Source: Patescibacteria group bacterium
GTDB taxonomy: Bacteria > Patescibacteriota > CPR2 > UBA1875
Reading direction: 5' to 3'
NCBI GenBank assembly: GCA_041737595.1
Contig: JBGSRK010000010.1
Location: forward strand, 117,375 to 181,374
DNA length: 64,000 bases
Below the pieces are notes generated by a model that saw only the letters and a program-made list of their open reading frames with translations, was not told the DNA's origin and searched no databases. Within the stretch, counting starts at the first letter, position 1, and each line of letters starts with the position of its first letter. The position numbers were made by a program, and so were the translations under genes. Below, piece after piece: positions 1 through 9,578 of this stretch.

Positions 1-877
1 ATAAAAATATTACAGTTTGAATTGATGAAAAACCTAAGTCTAACAAACGATGATGAATGTGTTTTCTATCACCCTCATAAATAGGTTTTCTTGTTATTAA
101 CCTTCTTGCAATCGCAAATAGCGTATCAAATATTGGTATGGCTAGTATTAATATTGGTACAGCAAGAGAAAAAGCTGCTGCAAGTTTAACTGATCCCATA
201 ATAGAAAGCGCAGCAAGTGAAAAGCCTAAAAACATTGAACCCGTATCTCCCATAAATATTCTCGAACGGAAATTATGTGGGAGAAAACCAAGAGCAGAAA
301 ACCCAATAATTAGGGCAAGTACCGCAACAGTAAGTTGACCGTTCAAAAATGCCACAACTGCAATCGTAAAAGCAGATATTGTAGATACACCCGCTGCAAG
401 CCCATCCAAACCATCAATCAGATTTATTGCATTTGTGATACCGATAAGCCAAAAAAATGTTAATGGGAGGGACAATAAATTCATGCTTTGTGGTAAATGC
501 CCTTGGAAAATTGACGCGATATCTATTTGCACTCCAAATGAAATTATAATAATTGCTGCAAGTGATTGAAAAATTAGTTTTGGGATAGCAGAAAGTCCTA
601 AAATATCATCAAAAATCCCAAGAATCACAATTATTGTAGTTGCAATAGCAAAACCTGTTATTTCGGGTGAGGTTCTGTTTAAAAACAAAAAAGCAGCAAT
701 AAAACCTAAAAATATTGCTGCTCCGCCCCCAGACACAGTTGGAGTGGTATGCACTTTTCTAAAATTTGGGATATCTATTGCCCCAATTTTACCAGAAAAC
801 TTTTTTATAAATGGGGTCACAAAATAAGAAACCCCGAAGGCAATTGCTGAAAGTATTAATATTTTTTCAGTACTCAT
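1..877 (-). CDS. Polyprenyl-phosphate phosphosugar transferase, MraY/WecA (GT4) family; partial, 3' end beyond window start
   Basis: Own - strand translation from ATG at about 877: MSTEKILILSAIAFGVSYFVTPFIKKF...NAINLIDGLDGLAAG... It is polytopic and carries the DGLDGLA motif of MraY/WecA. The ORF table misses it because there is no in-window stop. The table ORF 138..338 is its antisense shadow. Confidence 0.7.
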   Translation of the reverse strand, partial: MSTEKILILSAIAFGVSYFVTPFIKKFSGKIGAIDIPNFRKVHTTPTVSGGGAAIFLGFIAAFLFLNRTSPEITGFAIATTIIVILGIFDDILGLSAIPKLIFQSLAAIIIISFGVQIDIASIFQGHLPQSMNLLSLPLTFFWLIGITNAINLIDGLDGLAAGVSTISAFTIAVVAFLNGQLTVAVLALIIGFSALGFLPHNFRSRIFMGDTGSMFLGFSLAALSIMGSVKLAAAFSLAVPILILAIPIFDTLFAIARRLITRKPIYEGDRKHIHHRLLDLGFSSIQTVIFL

Positions 878-964
878 ATAACCACTTGATTATAACAACT
901 ATTATTAATTTTTTGAAGCAAGTTGCTTATAGTCTAATCATTAAACCTTCTATATAATATTAGT

Positions 965-1441
965 GTGAAAAAAATATTATTCGTTACAGGGTCAGGGGGA
1001 CACAGTACAGAATCATTAATACTGTTTGAACAAATAAAAGATAAGTTTGAATTTGAATTTTTATTAGAAAACGACGATCCTTTTACAAAAAAACAAATTA
1101 AAGAACTAAAAATTTACGAAGCAATTACTATTAGAGGTAAGAAAGAAAACTTTCTGTTTACTATATTTAGGGGAATAAAATGTTCTATAGAATCTTTTTT
1201 TGTATTTATAAAATCTAAACCAGATATAATCCTAAGCGCTGGACCAGGTATTGCTATCCCAATATCATACTTAGGCAAGTTGTTTGGGAAAAAAATAATA
1301 TTTATAGAAAGTTGGTCAAGAGTTAACACTAAATCAATTGCTGGCAAATTTATCTACCCAATATCTAATCAATTTTATGTTCAATGGCCAGAAATGACTA
1401 AGATATACAAAAAAGGAATTTATAAGGGGAGGTTGGGATGA
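965..1441 (+). CDS. Alg14-like glycosyltransferase accessory subunit (PssD/EpsE/Cps14F-like)
   Basis: 158 aa with GTG start. N-terminal MKKILFVTGSGGHSTE and its length fit the Alg14 family. It overlaps the following Alg13-like gene by 4 nt. Confidence 0.55.
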   Translation: MKKILFVTGSGGHSTESLILFEQIKDKFEFEFLLENDDPFTKKQIKELKIYEAITIRGKKENFLFTIFRGIKCSIESFFVFIKSKPDIILSAGPGIAIPISYLGKLFGKKIIFIESWSRVNTKSIAGKFIYPISNQFYVQWPEMTKIYKKGIYKGRLG

Positions 1442-1875
1442 TTTTTGTAACCGTTGGGACAACTTCTTTTAATACCTTAATAAAAGCCATTGATGAAACA
1501 AAAATCAATGATAAGGTAATTATCCAAAAATCAGATGGGTCATATCTCCCCAAAAATTATGAATTTTTTGAATATACTAATGAAATAAAAAAATATTATA
1601 GCGAGGCAGAAATAATTATCACTCATGGGGGAGCAGGTTCAATCTTTAAATTAGTTGGTATGGGGAAAAAAGTAATTGGTGTTGCAAATGAAGAAAGAAC
1701 CGACAAGCACCAATCTGATATTTTAAAAAAAATGGCTGATGAGAATTATTTGATTTGGTGTAAAGATTTAACCAAAATAAATGAAGCTATTACCAAAGCA
1801 AAGAAAACAAATTTTAAAAAATACACTCCGCCTGAGTGCAATATAGCTGAATATATAACAGAATTTTTAAACTAA
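1438..1875 (+). CDS. Alg13-like UDP-sugar glycosyltransferase catalytic subunit (GT28 C-terminal domain; PssE/EpsF/Cps14G-like)
   Basis: 145 aa with MIFVTVGTTSFNTLI...ITHGGAGSI, the signature of Glyco_tran_28_C / Alg13. Confidence 0.6.
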   Translation: MIFVTVGTTSFNTLIKAIDETKINDKVIIQKSDGSYLPKNYEFFEYTNEIKKYYSEAEIIITHGGAGSIFKLVGMGKKVIGVANEERTDKHQSDILKKMADENYLIWCKDLTKINEAITKAKKTNFKKYTPPECNIAEYITEFLN

Positions 1876-2967
1876 TTATTTTAAATCTTTGAATAATTTA
1901 CTTATATTAGAAAGCCATAAATTATAATCATATTTTTTTATGGCATCTTTTTGCCCATTTTTTGCAATTTCTAAAGCCTTTGAGAGATTATTTATAACAT
2001 ATTCAATTTTTTCCATTAGATCATTACTATTTACATCTTTTGTAACAAAACCAGAAACACTATCTTCTACAATCTCTGGGAGTGATCCTTTTGGTGTAAC
2101 AATAACAGGCAAACCAGTCATCATAGCCTCAACTGTTGCTAGCCCAAAGCCCTCCGAAAGAGATGGTTGGATATAAACATCCCATTTATTTAAATATTTA
2201 TAGATATCGTCTTTTTGGCCCAAAAGTTCAACTTTATTATTTAACCCAAAACTATTAATCATATTCTCAAGATTATTTCTTTCTGCACCTTCACCCATGA
2301 TTTCCAATTTAATATTTTTGTTTTCTACTTGTGATATAGATTTTATAAGTTCACCAAAATTTTTTACTGGGTGTAACCGTCCAATTGAACCAATAACCAA
2401 GCATTTGTCATCCTGAGGCAGAGCCGAAGGATCTATAGATTCTTCGTTACACTCAGAATGAAGCTCAAAAAAAACACCATTATAGATAACTGTTATTTTA
2501 TCTTCTTTGACCCCTTCTTGTATTAGGCCTTTTTTAAGATATTCTGAAACAGTAACATACTTCGAAGTAGCGAAGCGTAAAAGTCTATCAGAAACATAAT
2601 AAATTATTTTTTTAAAAATATTCCTCTGATAATCAGTTTTCCAATCACTATGGATTATAGTTATTACGGGTATTTTATATAAAAATCCCCATAGACGACC
2701 ATAAAAATTTGAAACCATCCCCATTGTTACTATGGTAGAAATATTCTTAAAGTATTTTGATCCAGGGAGAAAAGAAATGCATTTATTAAAAACTTTTGTT
2801 TCAAATTTTAATTCCTTAAGTTCATCTACAAGTGGCCAATTATTTATTGAGTATAAATGAAGATTAATTTTATTATCTTTTTTTAGACCATTAAATAAAT
2901 TTAAAATATAGGTATAAATACCACCTTTGTTTTGTGCCCCACCATATAATATGACTATGTTTTTCAT
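1876..2967 (-). CDS. Glycosyltransferase family 4
   Basis: 363 aa. C-terminal EGFGLATVEAMMTGLPVIVTPKGSLPEIV is the GT4/GT1 EX7E region. Confidence 0.8.
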   Translation of the reverse strand: MKNIVILYGGAQNKGGIYTYILNLFNGLKKDNKINLHLYSINNWPLVDELKELKFETKVFNKCISFLPGSKYFKNISTIVTMGMVSNFYGRLWGFLYKIPVITIIHSDWKTDYQRNIFKKIIYYVSDRLLRFATSKYVTVSEYLKKGLIQEGVKEDKITVIYNGVFFELHSECNEESIDPSALPQDDKCLVIGSIGRLHPVKNFGELIKSISQVENKNIKLEIMGEGAERNNLENMINSFGLNNKVELLGQKDDIYKYLNKWDVYIQPSLSEGFGLATVEAMMTGLPVIVTPKGSLPEIVEDSVSGFVTKDVNSNDLMEKIEYVINNLSKALEIAKNGQKDAIKKYDYNLWLSNISKLFKDLK

Positions 2968-2994
2968 AAATTAATTTATTTTATTATAACAATT

Positions 2995-4245
2995 TCAACT
3001 GTTTTCACCTAAGGAATTACCAAAAATTATTGCTACAGGGATTGAAATTGCTAGGAATTCAAACGTATTAGAAGCAAACATCATAAATGAAAATGCTAAC
3101 ATTGAACTATATAACAAATACTTATAATTGTTTTTAATAAAACTAACCTGGAATATAACAGAGATCAGAAACCCCAAGAAAGTCAAAAACCCCAAGATAC
3201 CAAATTGGATTAAAAATGCTATATATTGATTATCGGTTGTCAAAAGTGGAACATAACCATTCTGCATACCTAAAAAATATATCGGACTCGAATACATTTC
3301 TGCAAATTTACCACCATAGGTGCCCGCACCTGTCCCAATAAATGGATGATTTTTTAATATATATAAACCATTTTTAAAAGACCAAATTCTACCATCTATA
3401 GAAGCATTTAACCAGTATTCTGGGTTAAAGATCACTAAAATTCTGGATTTCAACCCTGTAAAAAATGCAAGGTTACTAATTTTATTTTTAAAATAATTTA
3501 TTGAGATAAATGGCAAAATGCCAAACAGACCTGCAACCCAAGCTGTTCGAGAAAGCGACACAAAAGATGCAGTGATAAAAACCAACATTATAATTATATA
3601 TTTTATATCTTTTTTATCTTTAAATATCGAAAGACAAATAAGAACCATCAAGACCATTAACATACCAAATACATTTGGACTCGTAAAAAATGCACTTGCT
3701 CGACCATAGATTGATTCAAGGGATGATGTTGTGAAAACTACATTCCCACTAAAATACTGCCAAATACCATAAATTGCCAACGGCAAACTGCTAAATAATA
3801 AGCTATTCAATAGTTTTATAGTCGATTGAGCTTGTGCCCAAATAAATGCTATAAAAAATAAAATAATTAACATTATATACATAGGAGCGTTTAGTCCGGC
3901 TTCGCCCCTAATAACTGCTAAAAAACTTGAACATATAGAAATTAACAAAAAACCAATATACCAATAATGTACTTTATATATCTTAATCTTACTTTTATCA
4001 GCAAATATAAGCGCAAAAAATAATAATATAAATGGCAATATATCTACTACATTACCCGGCAACATTATTTTAAACATTGGCTCATACCAACTTACAACAA
4101 GTGCAATTATCCCTAAGAAAAAAGATAATTTAGTATTTTTATATTGAAATAGTTCTAATATTTTAGATTCTTTTATTTTTTTATCAACGGAGTTAATAAA
4201 TAAATTATTAACAACCCATGAATTTTTAAATAAATTAATCTTCAT
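2995..4245 (-). CDS. O-antigen ligase / Wzy_C-family polytopic membrane protein (possible O-oligosaccharyltransferase or polymerase)
   Basis: 416 aa with more than 10 predicted TM helices and a periplasmic loop, the usual Wzy_C/WaaL/WsaB topology. Confidence 0.5.
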   Translation of the reverse strand: MKINLFKNSWVVNNLFINSVDKKIKESKILELFQYKNTKLSFFLGIIALVVSWYEPMFKIMLPGNVVDILPFILLFFALIFADKSKIKIYKVHYWYIGFLLISICSSFLAVIRGEAGLNAPMYIMLIILFFIAFIWAQAQSTIKLLNSLLFSSLPLAIYGIWQYFSGNVVFTTSSLESIYGRASAFFTSPNVFGMLMVLMVLICLSIFKDKKDIKYIIIMLVFITASFVSLSRTAWVAGLFGILPFISINYFKNKISNLAFFTGLKSRILVIFNPEYWLNASIDGRIWSFKNGLYILKNHPFIGTGAGTYGGKFAEMYSSPIYFLGMQNGYVPLLTTDNQYIAFLIQFGILGFLTFLGFLISVIFQVSFIKNNYKYLLYSSMLAFSFMMFASNTFEFLAISIPVAIIFGNSLGENS

Positions 4246-4633
4246 AATTAAATGATTCGATTACTCCACGTGCAAAAAAACTGCCATGAAGTTCTGCCTT
4301 TTGGCCAATTAATACTCTTTGGCCATTAAAATTATAAACTTCTTCATCTTTTTCGGCTGAGGCTTTTATTGTAACGATAATACCATCATCTGTTTTTTCA
4401 AAAGATTCTATTTCAGAAGCGTTATTAGAACCGTTAAGATAAATTTTTTCACCTTGTTTTATAGATTCTTTTATTAAATCTGCATTTTCAGTTACATGAA
4501 CTCCTAAGGTAGCATAACCAGAGAGTGCTTTTGTTGGAGAATACCAGGAAATAAATAAAAGTAAAAAAAACGAAATAACTGATATTATAATCAGATAATC
4601 AAATAAATTTAGTTTAATTCTCTTATTTTCCAT
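4235..4633 (-). CDS. Hypothetical membrane-anchored protein
   Basis: 132 aa with a single N-terminal TM segment (LIIISVISFFLLLFISWY). Translationally coupled to its neighbours. Confidence 0.4.
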   Translation of the reverse strand: MENKRIKLNLFDYLIIISVISFFLLLFISWYSPTKALSGYATLGVHVTENADLIKESIKQGEKIYLNGSNNASEIESFEKTDDGIIVTIKASAEKDEEVYNFNGQRVLIGQKAELHGSFFARGVIESFNYED

Positions 4634-5303
4634 ATTTCTCCTTAATTATATACCAAATGAACATCAAAAGCCTTGGGAATCTTTTAAACCTTTTTGGTTC
4701 TATAACCATTCTCCAAAGCCATTCTAGCCCAATCCTTTGTATTATCAATGGAGATCTTTTATACACTCCGCTTGCAACATCAAACGAACCACCTGCTGTC
4801 ATTGTGGTTATTTTAAGCTCCCTATGAACCCTTAGAGCTAGCTCTGCGGCTCTTTTCGCCCCCATCCCAATGAAACATACCTTAGCACCAGACTTTTTAA
4901 TATTTTCTATTATTTTGTTATCATCCCCAGTAAAACCATCATGATATCCGACCAAATTTAATCCTTGTGATTTGTAACTTTTTGCGGCTCTTTTAATATT
5001 ATCTTCTGTTGTCCCCCAAATATATGTAGGAGTTTTGGGATATTCTTCAATTAATTGATTTATTAAATCAATCCCGCTTATTTTTTCTATTTTTTTACCA
5101 GTTAAAAACCAATAACCCAAAGATAGTCCAACCCCATCTGCAACAAAAACATCTACATTATTTAAAATATTATCCCAATCATCTTGTTTTTGAATTAAGG
5201 CCCACTTTTCGGCATGAAGAGGAAGAATAAAAACACTTTTTTTTATATTTTTATCCCAAAAGTTATTTGATTTATATATATTTATTCTTCTTAATTTTTG
5301 CAT
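4623..5303 (-). CDS. WecB/TagA/CpsF-family glycosyltransferase (GT26, N-acetylmannosaminyltransferase-like)
   Basis: 226 aa. C-terminal GGSFDVASGVYKRSPLIIQRIGLEWLWRMVIEPKRFKRF is characteristic of Glyco_tran_WecB. Confidence 0.8.
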   Translation of the reverse strand: MQKLRRINIYKSNNFWDKNIKKSVFILPLHAEKWALIQKQDDWDNILNNVDVFVADGVGLSLGYWFLTGKKIEKISGIDLINQLIEEYPKTPTYIWGTTEDNIKRAAKSYKSQGLNLVGYHDGFTGDDNKIIENIKKSGAKVCFIGMGAKRAAELALRVHRELKITTMTAGGSFDVASGVYKRSPLIIQRIGLEWLWRMVIEPKRFKRFPRLLMFIWYIIKEKYGK

Positions 5304-5306
5304 AAG

Positions 5307-6308
5307 TTATTTTAAATATACTTTTTCGGTTTCAGCCCACATTCTTTCAATCGTAAACTTTTTTTTGTATAAATCATAGGCATAAGTATTATTTATTAAT
5401 GCAGTTTTTCCCGCTAATTTTATTATTGATAAGAAATCACCATATTTAGCTTGATATTTATCTGGGATTACTTCAGTTAATGATTCTAAATCAAAGGTTA
5501 TTACGGGTATATTTGCAGAATAAGCCTCCAGGGCCGATAAAGACATTACTTCAGTTGATGATGGGAGAACCATTACTGATATTTGTTCGAAAAATTCAGC
5601 TATATTGTCTATATTACCTAATAAAATAATATTTTTATTGTTTATTAATTTAATATCATTTAAATCTGGTCCATCGCCAGCAATGACAAGTTTGCGGTCA
5701 AGGTTATATAATTTTGCGAATTCTAGTATTCCTTTTTCTTTTGACAATCTCCCTAAATATCCTATCCCAGCACCTCTCTTTTTTACTTCTACTTTTGGAA
5801 CACCATTATAAACTACTGATATTTTTTTATTTGTGATTCCATTAATAATCATTTGATTTTTTAGATAATTTGAAATTGCAATAAAAGAATCTGTTTTTAG
5901 TTGTATTAATTTGTAAAAAGGTCTGACTTTAAGTGGTAACTGGTCAAGCCGATGAAAGGTTCTTATAATCTTAATTTTTGCCCCAAATATTTTTGCAAAA
6001 ACAGATAAAAAATGTTCTCTTAAAAAATGAGTATGGACAATATCAATATTATTTTCTGTAAAATATTTTTTTAATATAAATACAGCCGTCAAGTCGTACC
6101 AACTTTTCATCTTTATTATTTTATATTTAAAAGGTTGATTATCCCCAAAGTTTTTTGGTGAAGTAGCCATATTTTCTAAACCTGGGCCTTCTTTACCAAA
6201 AACAAAAGTAATATTATTCCCACTTTTACGAGCTTCATAACTTAAATAGGTAATATATTTCTCTGCTCCCCCTGTACCTGGATAATCAATAATATGCAAT
6301 ATATTCAT
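5307..6308 (-). CDS. Glycosyltransferase family 4
   Basis: 333 aa. N-terminal MNILHIIDYPGTGGAEKYI fits a GT4 N-terminal domain. Confidence 0.7.
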   Translation of the reverse strand: MNILHIIDYPGTGGAEKYITYLSYEARKSGNNITFVFGKEGPGLENMATSPKNFGDNQPFKYKIIKMKSWYDLTAVFILKKYFTENNIDIVHTHFLREHFLSVFAKIFGAKIKIIRTFHRLDQLPLKVRPFYKLIQLKTDSFIAISNYLKNQMIINGITNKKISVVYNGVPKVEVKKRGAGIGYLGRLSKEKGILEFAKLYNLDRKLVIAGDGPDLNDIKLINNKNIILLGNIDNIAEFFEQISVMVLPSSTEVMSLSALEAYSANIPVITFDLESLTEVIPDKYQAKYGDFLSIIKLAGKTALINNTYAYDLYKKKFTIERMWAETEKVYLK

Positions 6309-7235
6309 TTATACCTCAAGTATCCCAAGTTTAAATAATATTTTTGCTAAATAATATGCGGTATTATTATTAAAATTATAAACAGTAATAAATAATTTTA
6401 TTTTAATTGGAATAGAGTAATGAGATATTTTTTTTATAGCTAAATCGCTTGATATATAATCCTTATTTAAAATCCCAGAAATTAAAATTCTATTCAAATT
6501 TTTTTTATGACCTAATTTTATATAATCATCTTTATCAGTTAATTCTAACTTGTCGAATATTTTTTCATTTTCAAGATATAATTTTGTTTTATTTGATGAG
6601 AGTGATTGGGGTAAATTTCTCCATGCACATAAAATATCAGGTAAAACTAAAACGCCATATTTTTTTGTAATTCTTAACCATAAATCAAAATCATCAACCC
6701 CGACTAGGTTTTCATCTAAAAATCCAACTTCATTGAAGATTTTTCTAGGAACGATTACAGAACAAGTTGTAATATAATTTGTTAATAAGATTTTTTTATA
6801 TGATTCTGGTGATGGTATATATTCTAATTTTCTTAAAAAGGTATCAATAACATTATTTTTTTTATCAATAACATTGGCTGAAGTGGCGATTATCCCAATT
6901 TTACTTTTGTTATTTGATAAATTATATGACTTTATTTGTTTTTCAATCTTTTCAGGATACCAAACATCATCTTGATCACAAAAAGCGATAAAATCACCTG
7001 TTGATTTTTTTATTCCAAAATTTCTAGGCCTTGCTGGTGATCCACTATTTTTTATTTTGTAATATTTGATTCTAGAGTCATTAACAGATTTAATAATATT
7101 TTCTGAATCATCAGTAGAGCCATCATTAATGATAATCAATTCTATATTTTTATAGGTTTGATTTAAAATAGAATTAATTGACTCTTTGATGGTTTGTGAA
7201 CCATTATAAACAGGGGTAATAACACTAACCTTCAT
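6309..7235 (-). CDS. Glycosyltransferase family 2
   Basis: 308 aa with VITPVYNGSQTIKESINSILNQTYKNIELIIINDGSTDDS, the GT-A/GT2 signature. Confidence 0.8.
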   Translation of the reverse strand: MKVSVITPVYNGSQTIKESINSILNQTYKNIELIIINDGSTDDSENIIKSVNDSRIKYYKIKNSGSPARPRNFGIKKSTGDFIAFCDQDDVWYPEKIEKQIKSYNLSNNKSKIGIIATSANVIDKKNNVIDTFLRKLEYIPSPESYKKILLTNYITTCSVIVPRKIFNEVGFLDENLVGVDDFDLWLRITKKYGVLVLPDILCAWRNLPQSLSSNKTKLYLENEKIFDKLELTDKDDYIKLGHKKNLNRILISGILNKDYISSDLAIKKISHYSIPIKIKLFITVYNFNNNTAYYLAKILFKLGILEV

Positions 7236-8169
7236 TTTTCCCTCCTAATAATTTTGAAGAAATCTTTTTAAAATCACCTTCTAATAAAAGCTTAAAAAAT
7301 ACATTAATCTTTTGAAGTGGAATATAAACAAATTTAGCATATTTAATCCAACTAGGAACTGTTTTGTACTCATTTTTACTATATGCCATATGTTTTAAAT
7401 CCATAAATTTGACATAAAACCAACCAAAACCATCTTCTTTATAAAATTTATGTTCATCTGGCTCAATATTTTTCCACCTAGACATATATAAATCAGAATT
7501 ACTCTTATTTAATTGAAATCTTCCTTCTGAAATACTCTCATAATGTGTAACTACCGATTTTGGAGTATAAATTATATCATAACCGGCTTTTTTAATTTTT
7601 AAGCATAAATCAATATCCTCTAAGCCATTTACATATAATTCATCAAAACCATCTACTTCAGAAAATATTTTTTTAGGTATTGCTATACAAGCTGCTGTAA
7701 CTGCTGTGTAATATCTTTTTTTATTAGCGCTAATTAAATTAGATTTTTCATAAGAATAAATATGTCTTGGTATTTTATCCTCTGAAATAACAACTCCAGC
7801 ATGTTGAATCTTACCATTAGGGAAAAGGAGTTTTACTCCGACTGCTCCAATATTTATTTCTTCTAAAAAAATATTTTCAATTTCTTTAAGCCAACCAGAA
7901 TGAACCTCTGTATCATTATTTAAAAAAATTAAAATTTCGCCTCTGGCTTTTTTGGCACCTTGATTACACGCTTTTGAAAAATTTTTATTTACACTATTGG
8001 TAATTAAAATTATATCTTTTTGTTTTTTTAAATAATCCACAGAGCCATCCGTGGAACCATTATCAATAACAATAATTTCTAAACCAAAACCTTCTTTTCT
8101 TAAAGATTGTAAGCATTTTTTTGTATATTCTTTATTATTAAAAGAGGGTATAATTGTGCTAAAATTCAC
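7225..8169 (-). CDS. Glycosyltransferase family 2
   Basis: 314 aa with IIPSFNNKEYTKKCLQSL...IIVIDNGSTDGS. Confidence 0.8.
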   Translation of the reverse strand: MNFSTIIPSFNNKEYTKKCLQSLRKEGFGLEIIVIDNGSTDGSVDYLKKQKDIILITNSVNKNFSKACNQGAKKARGEILIFLNNDTEVHSGWLKEIENIFLEEINIGAVGVKLLFPNGKIQHAGVVISEDKIPRHIYSYEKSNLISANKKRYYTAVTAACIAIPKKIFSEVDGFDELYVNGLEDIDLCLKIKKAGYDIIYTPKSVVTHYESISEGRFQLNKSNSDLYMSRWKNIEPDEHKFYKEDGFGWFYVKFMDLKHMAYSKNEYKTVPSWIKYAKFVYIPLQKINVFFKLLLEGDFKKISSKLLGGKNEG

Positions 8170-8195
8170 ATAGAGATATTAACACAGAAAGAGAT

Positions 8196-9578
8196 ATGAA
8201 AAAAGATATAATAATTTTATCTGTAGGTCCAGTGCCCACTCAAGATAATAAGATCGTTGAGGGGGGAGGGCTAAGAGCCTGGGGGTTAGCTAACGGTTTA
8301 AGCCAGAATGATATTAAAGTCACTGTGGCAGTACCAGACTCTTACAAAATAGAAGACCAGAACATTAACAACATTAATATTGTTAGTTGGGATTTTAACA
8401 ATGTAATCGATTTATGCAACAAATACAATACCGTATGTGTTTTGTACTCTAGGGCAGATCTGATGCAATTTTTAACAGACAATCTTGACCCTAAAAAAGT
8501 AGTGATCATAGATTTGTATGTACCAATATACATAGAGTCGTTAGCTCGAAAAGTTCCTAGAGATATTAATGGGGTTAATAACCATTTGCAAAATATTAAA
8601 TATTGGAATTCAGCATTCACGAGAGGGGATTATTTTATTTGTGCAAACAAGAATCAACATCATTTGTATACTGGATTATTAAGCGCCTTTGGCAGGATAA
8701 GCCCAGTTAGTAAAGTAGAAAATATATTAAAAGAAGTCCCTTTTGGAATCTATAGCACTCCAATAGGAAACAAGGCTAAACTGCCCGCTAAATATAAAAA
8801 ACAAAATGGCGATTTTGTTATTCTTTGGTTTGGGGGCATATATCCCTGGTTTGACATAGAGCCACTACTAAAAACTATTAAAGATCTTTCTGATAAGAAT
8901 AGCCAGTTAAAGTTATATGTAGTCGGTGGCAAAAACCCGTTTGTGAAGGATGAACAATTTATTAAGAAATATAAGGATACAGTTAACCTAGCTAAGAAGA
9001 TGGGTCTTTTGGATAAAAACATATTTTTTAAGGATTGGATTTCTTACGAAGATAGAGAGTCCTGGTATAACACGGCCGATATAATAATTAATTTACATAA
9101 TCCTGGCAGTGAGTCAATGTATGCATGGAGAACAAGGGTAGTCGACTTCATTTGGGCTGGAAGACCAATAATATCTAGCGGAGGAGACGAACTAAGCTCT
9201 ATGATGGAGAAAAAAGATGCTGCTTATATCCTCAAAAGTAACACAGAAGAAGAGATTTCAAAAGCTATATTAAAGGTTAAAGATGACAAGAAATATAGAG
9301 AGAAAATAATAAATAACCTGAAAGAAATGCAAAAAAGCTTGTACTGGGAAAATACAACAAAAGAGTTGTCTAGATTTATAAATAATCCTCAAATTGCAAA
9401 GGATCGTGACTTCTTTTTAAAGAACCATATAAATTTTAGTCCCCTAGAAAAAACTCATCACAATTCCAAAGAAAATAGGAAATATAACCAGCTTTCCAGG
9501 GCTGTTTTTATCTATAAATCTGAGGGCTTAAAGTCTTTATTGAAAAGAACCAGAAATTATCTAGGAAAGTTTTTTTAA
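8196..9578 (+). CDS. Glycosyltransferase (GT4-like, two-domain)
   Basis: 460 aa. C-terminal DFIWAGRPIISSGGDELSSMMEKKDAAYIL resembles the GT1/GT4 C-domain. Divergently oriented to the flanking genes. Confidence 0.5.
   Translation: MKKDIIILSVGPVPTQDNKIVEGGGLRAWGLANGLSQNDIKVTVAVPDSYKIEDQNINNINIVSWDFNNVIDLCNKYNTVCVLYSRADLMQFLTDNLDPKKVVIIDLYVPIYIESLARKVPRDINGVNNHLQNIKYWNSAFTRGDYFICANKNQHHLYTGLLSAFGRISPVSKVENILKEVPFGIYSTPIGNKAKLPAKYKKQNGDFVILWFGGIYPWFDIEPLLKTIKDLSDKNSQLKLYVVGGKNPFVKDEQFIKKYKDTVNLAKKMGLLDKNIFFKDWISYEDRESWYNTADIIINLHNPGSESMYAWRTRVVDFIWAGRPIISSGGDELSSMMEKKDAAYILKSNTEEEISKAILKVKDDKKYREKIINNLKEMQKSLYWENTTKELSRFINNPQIAKDRDFFLKNHINFSPLEKTHHNSKENRKYNQLSRAVFIYKSEGLKSLLKRTRNYLGKFF

Noticed and set aside
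138-338. 66-aa + strand ORF at window start
   Set aside because: It lies entirely inside, and antisense to, the much longer MraY/WecA-like - strand gene (1..877), so it is a shadow ORF.
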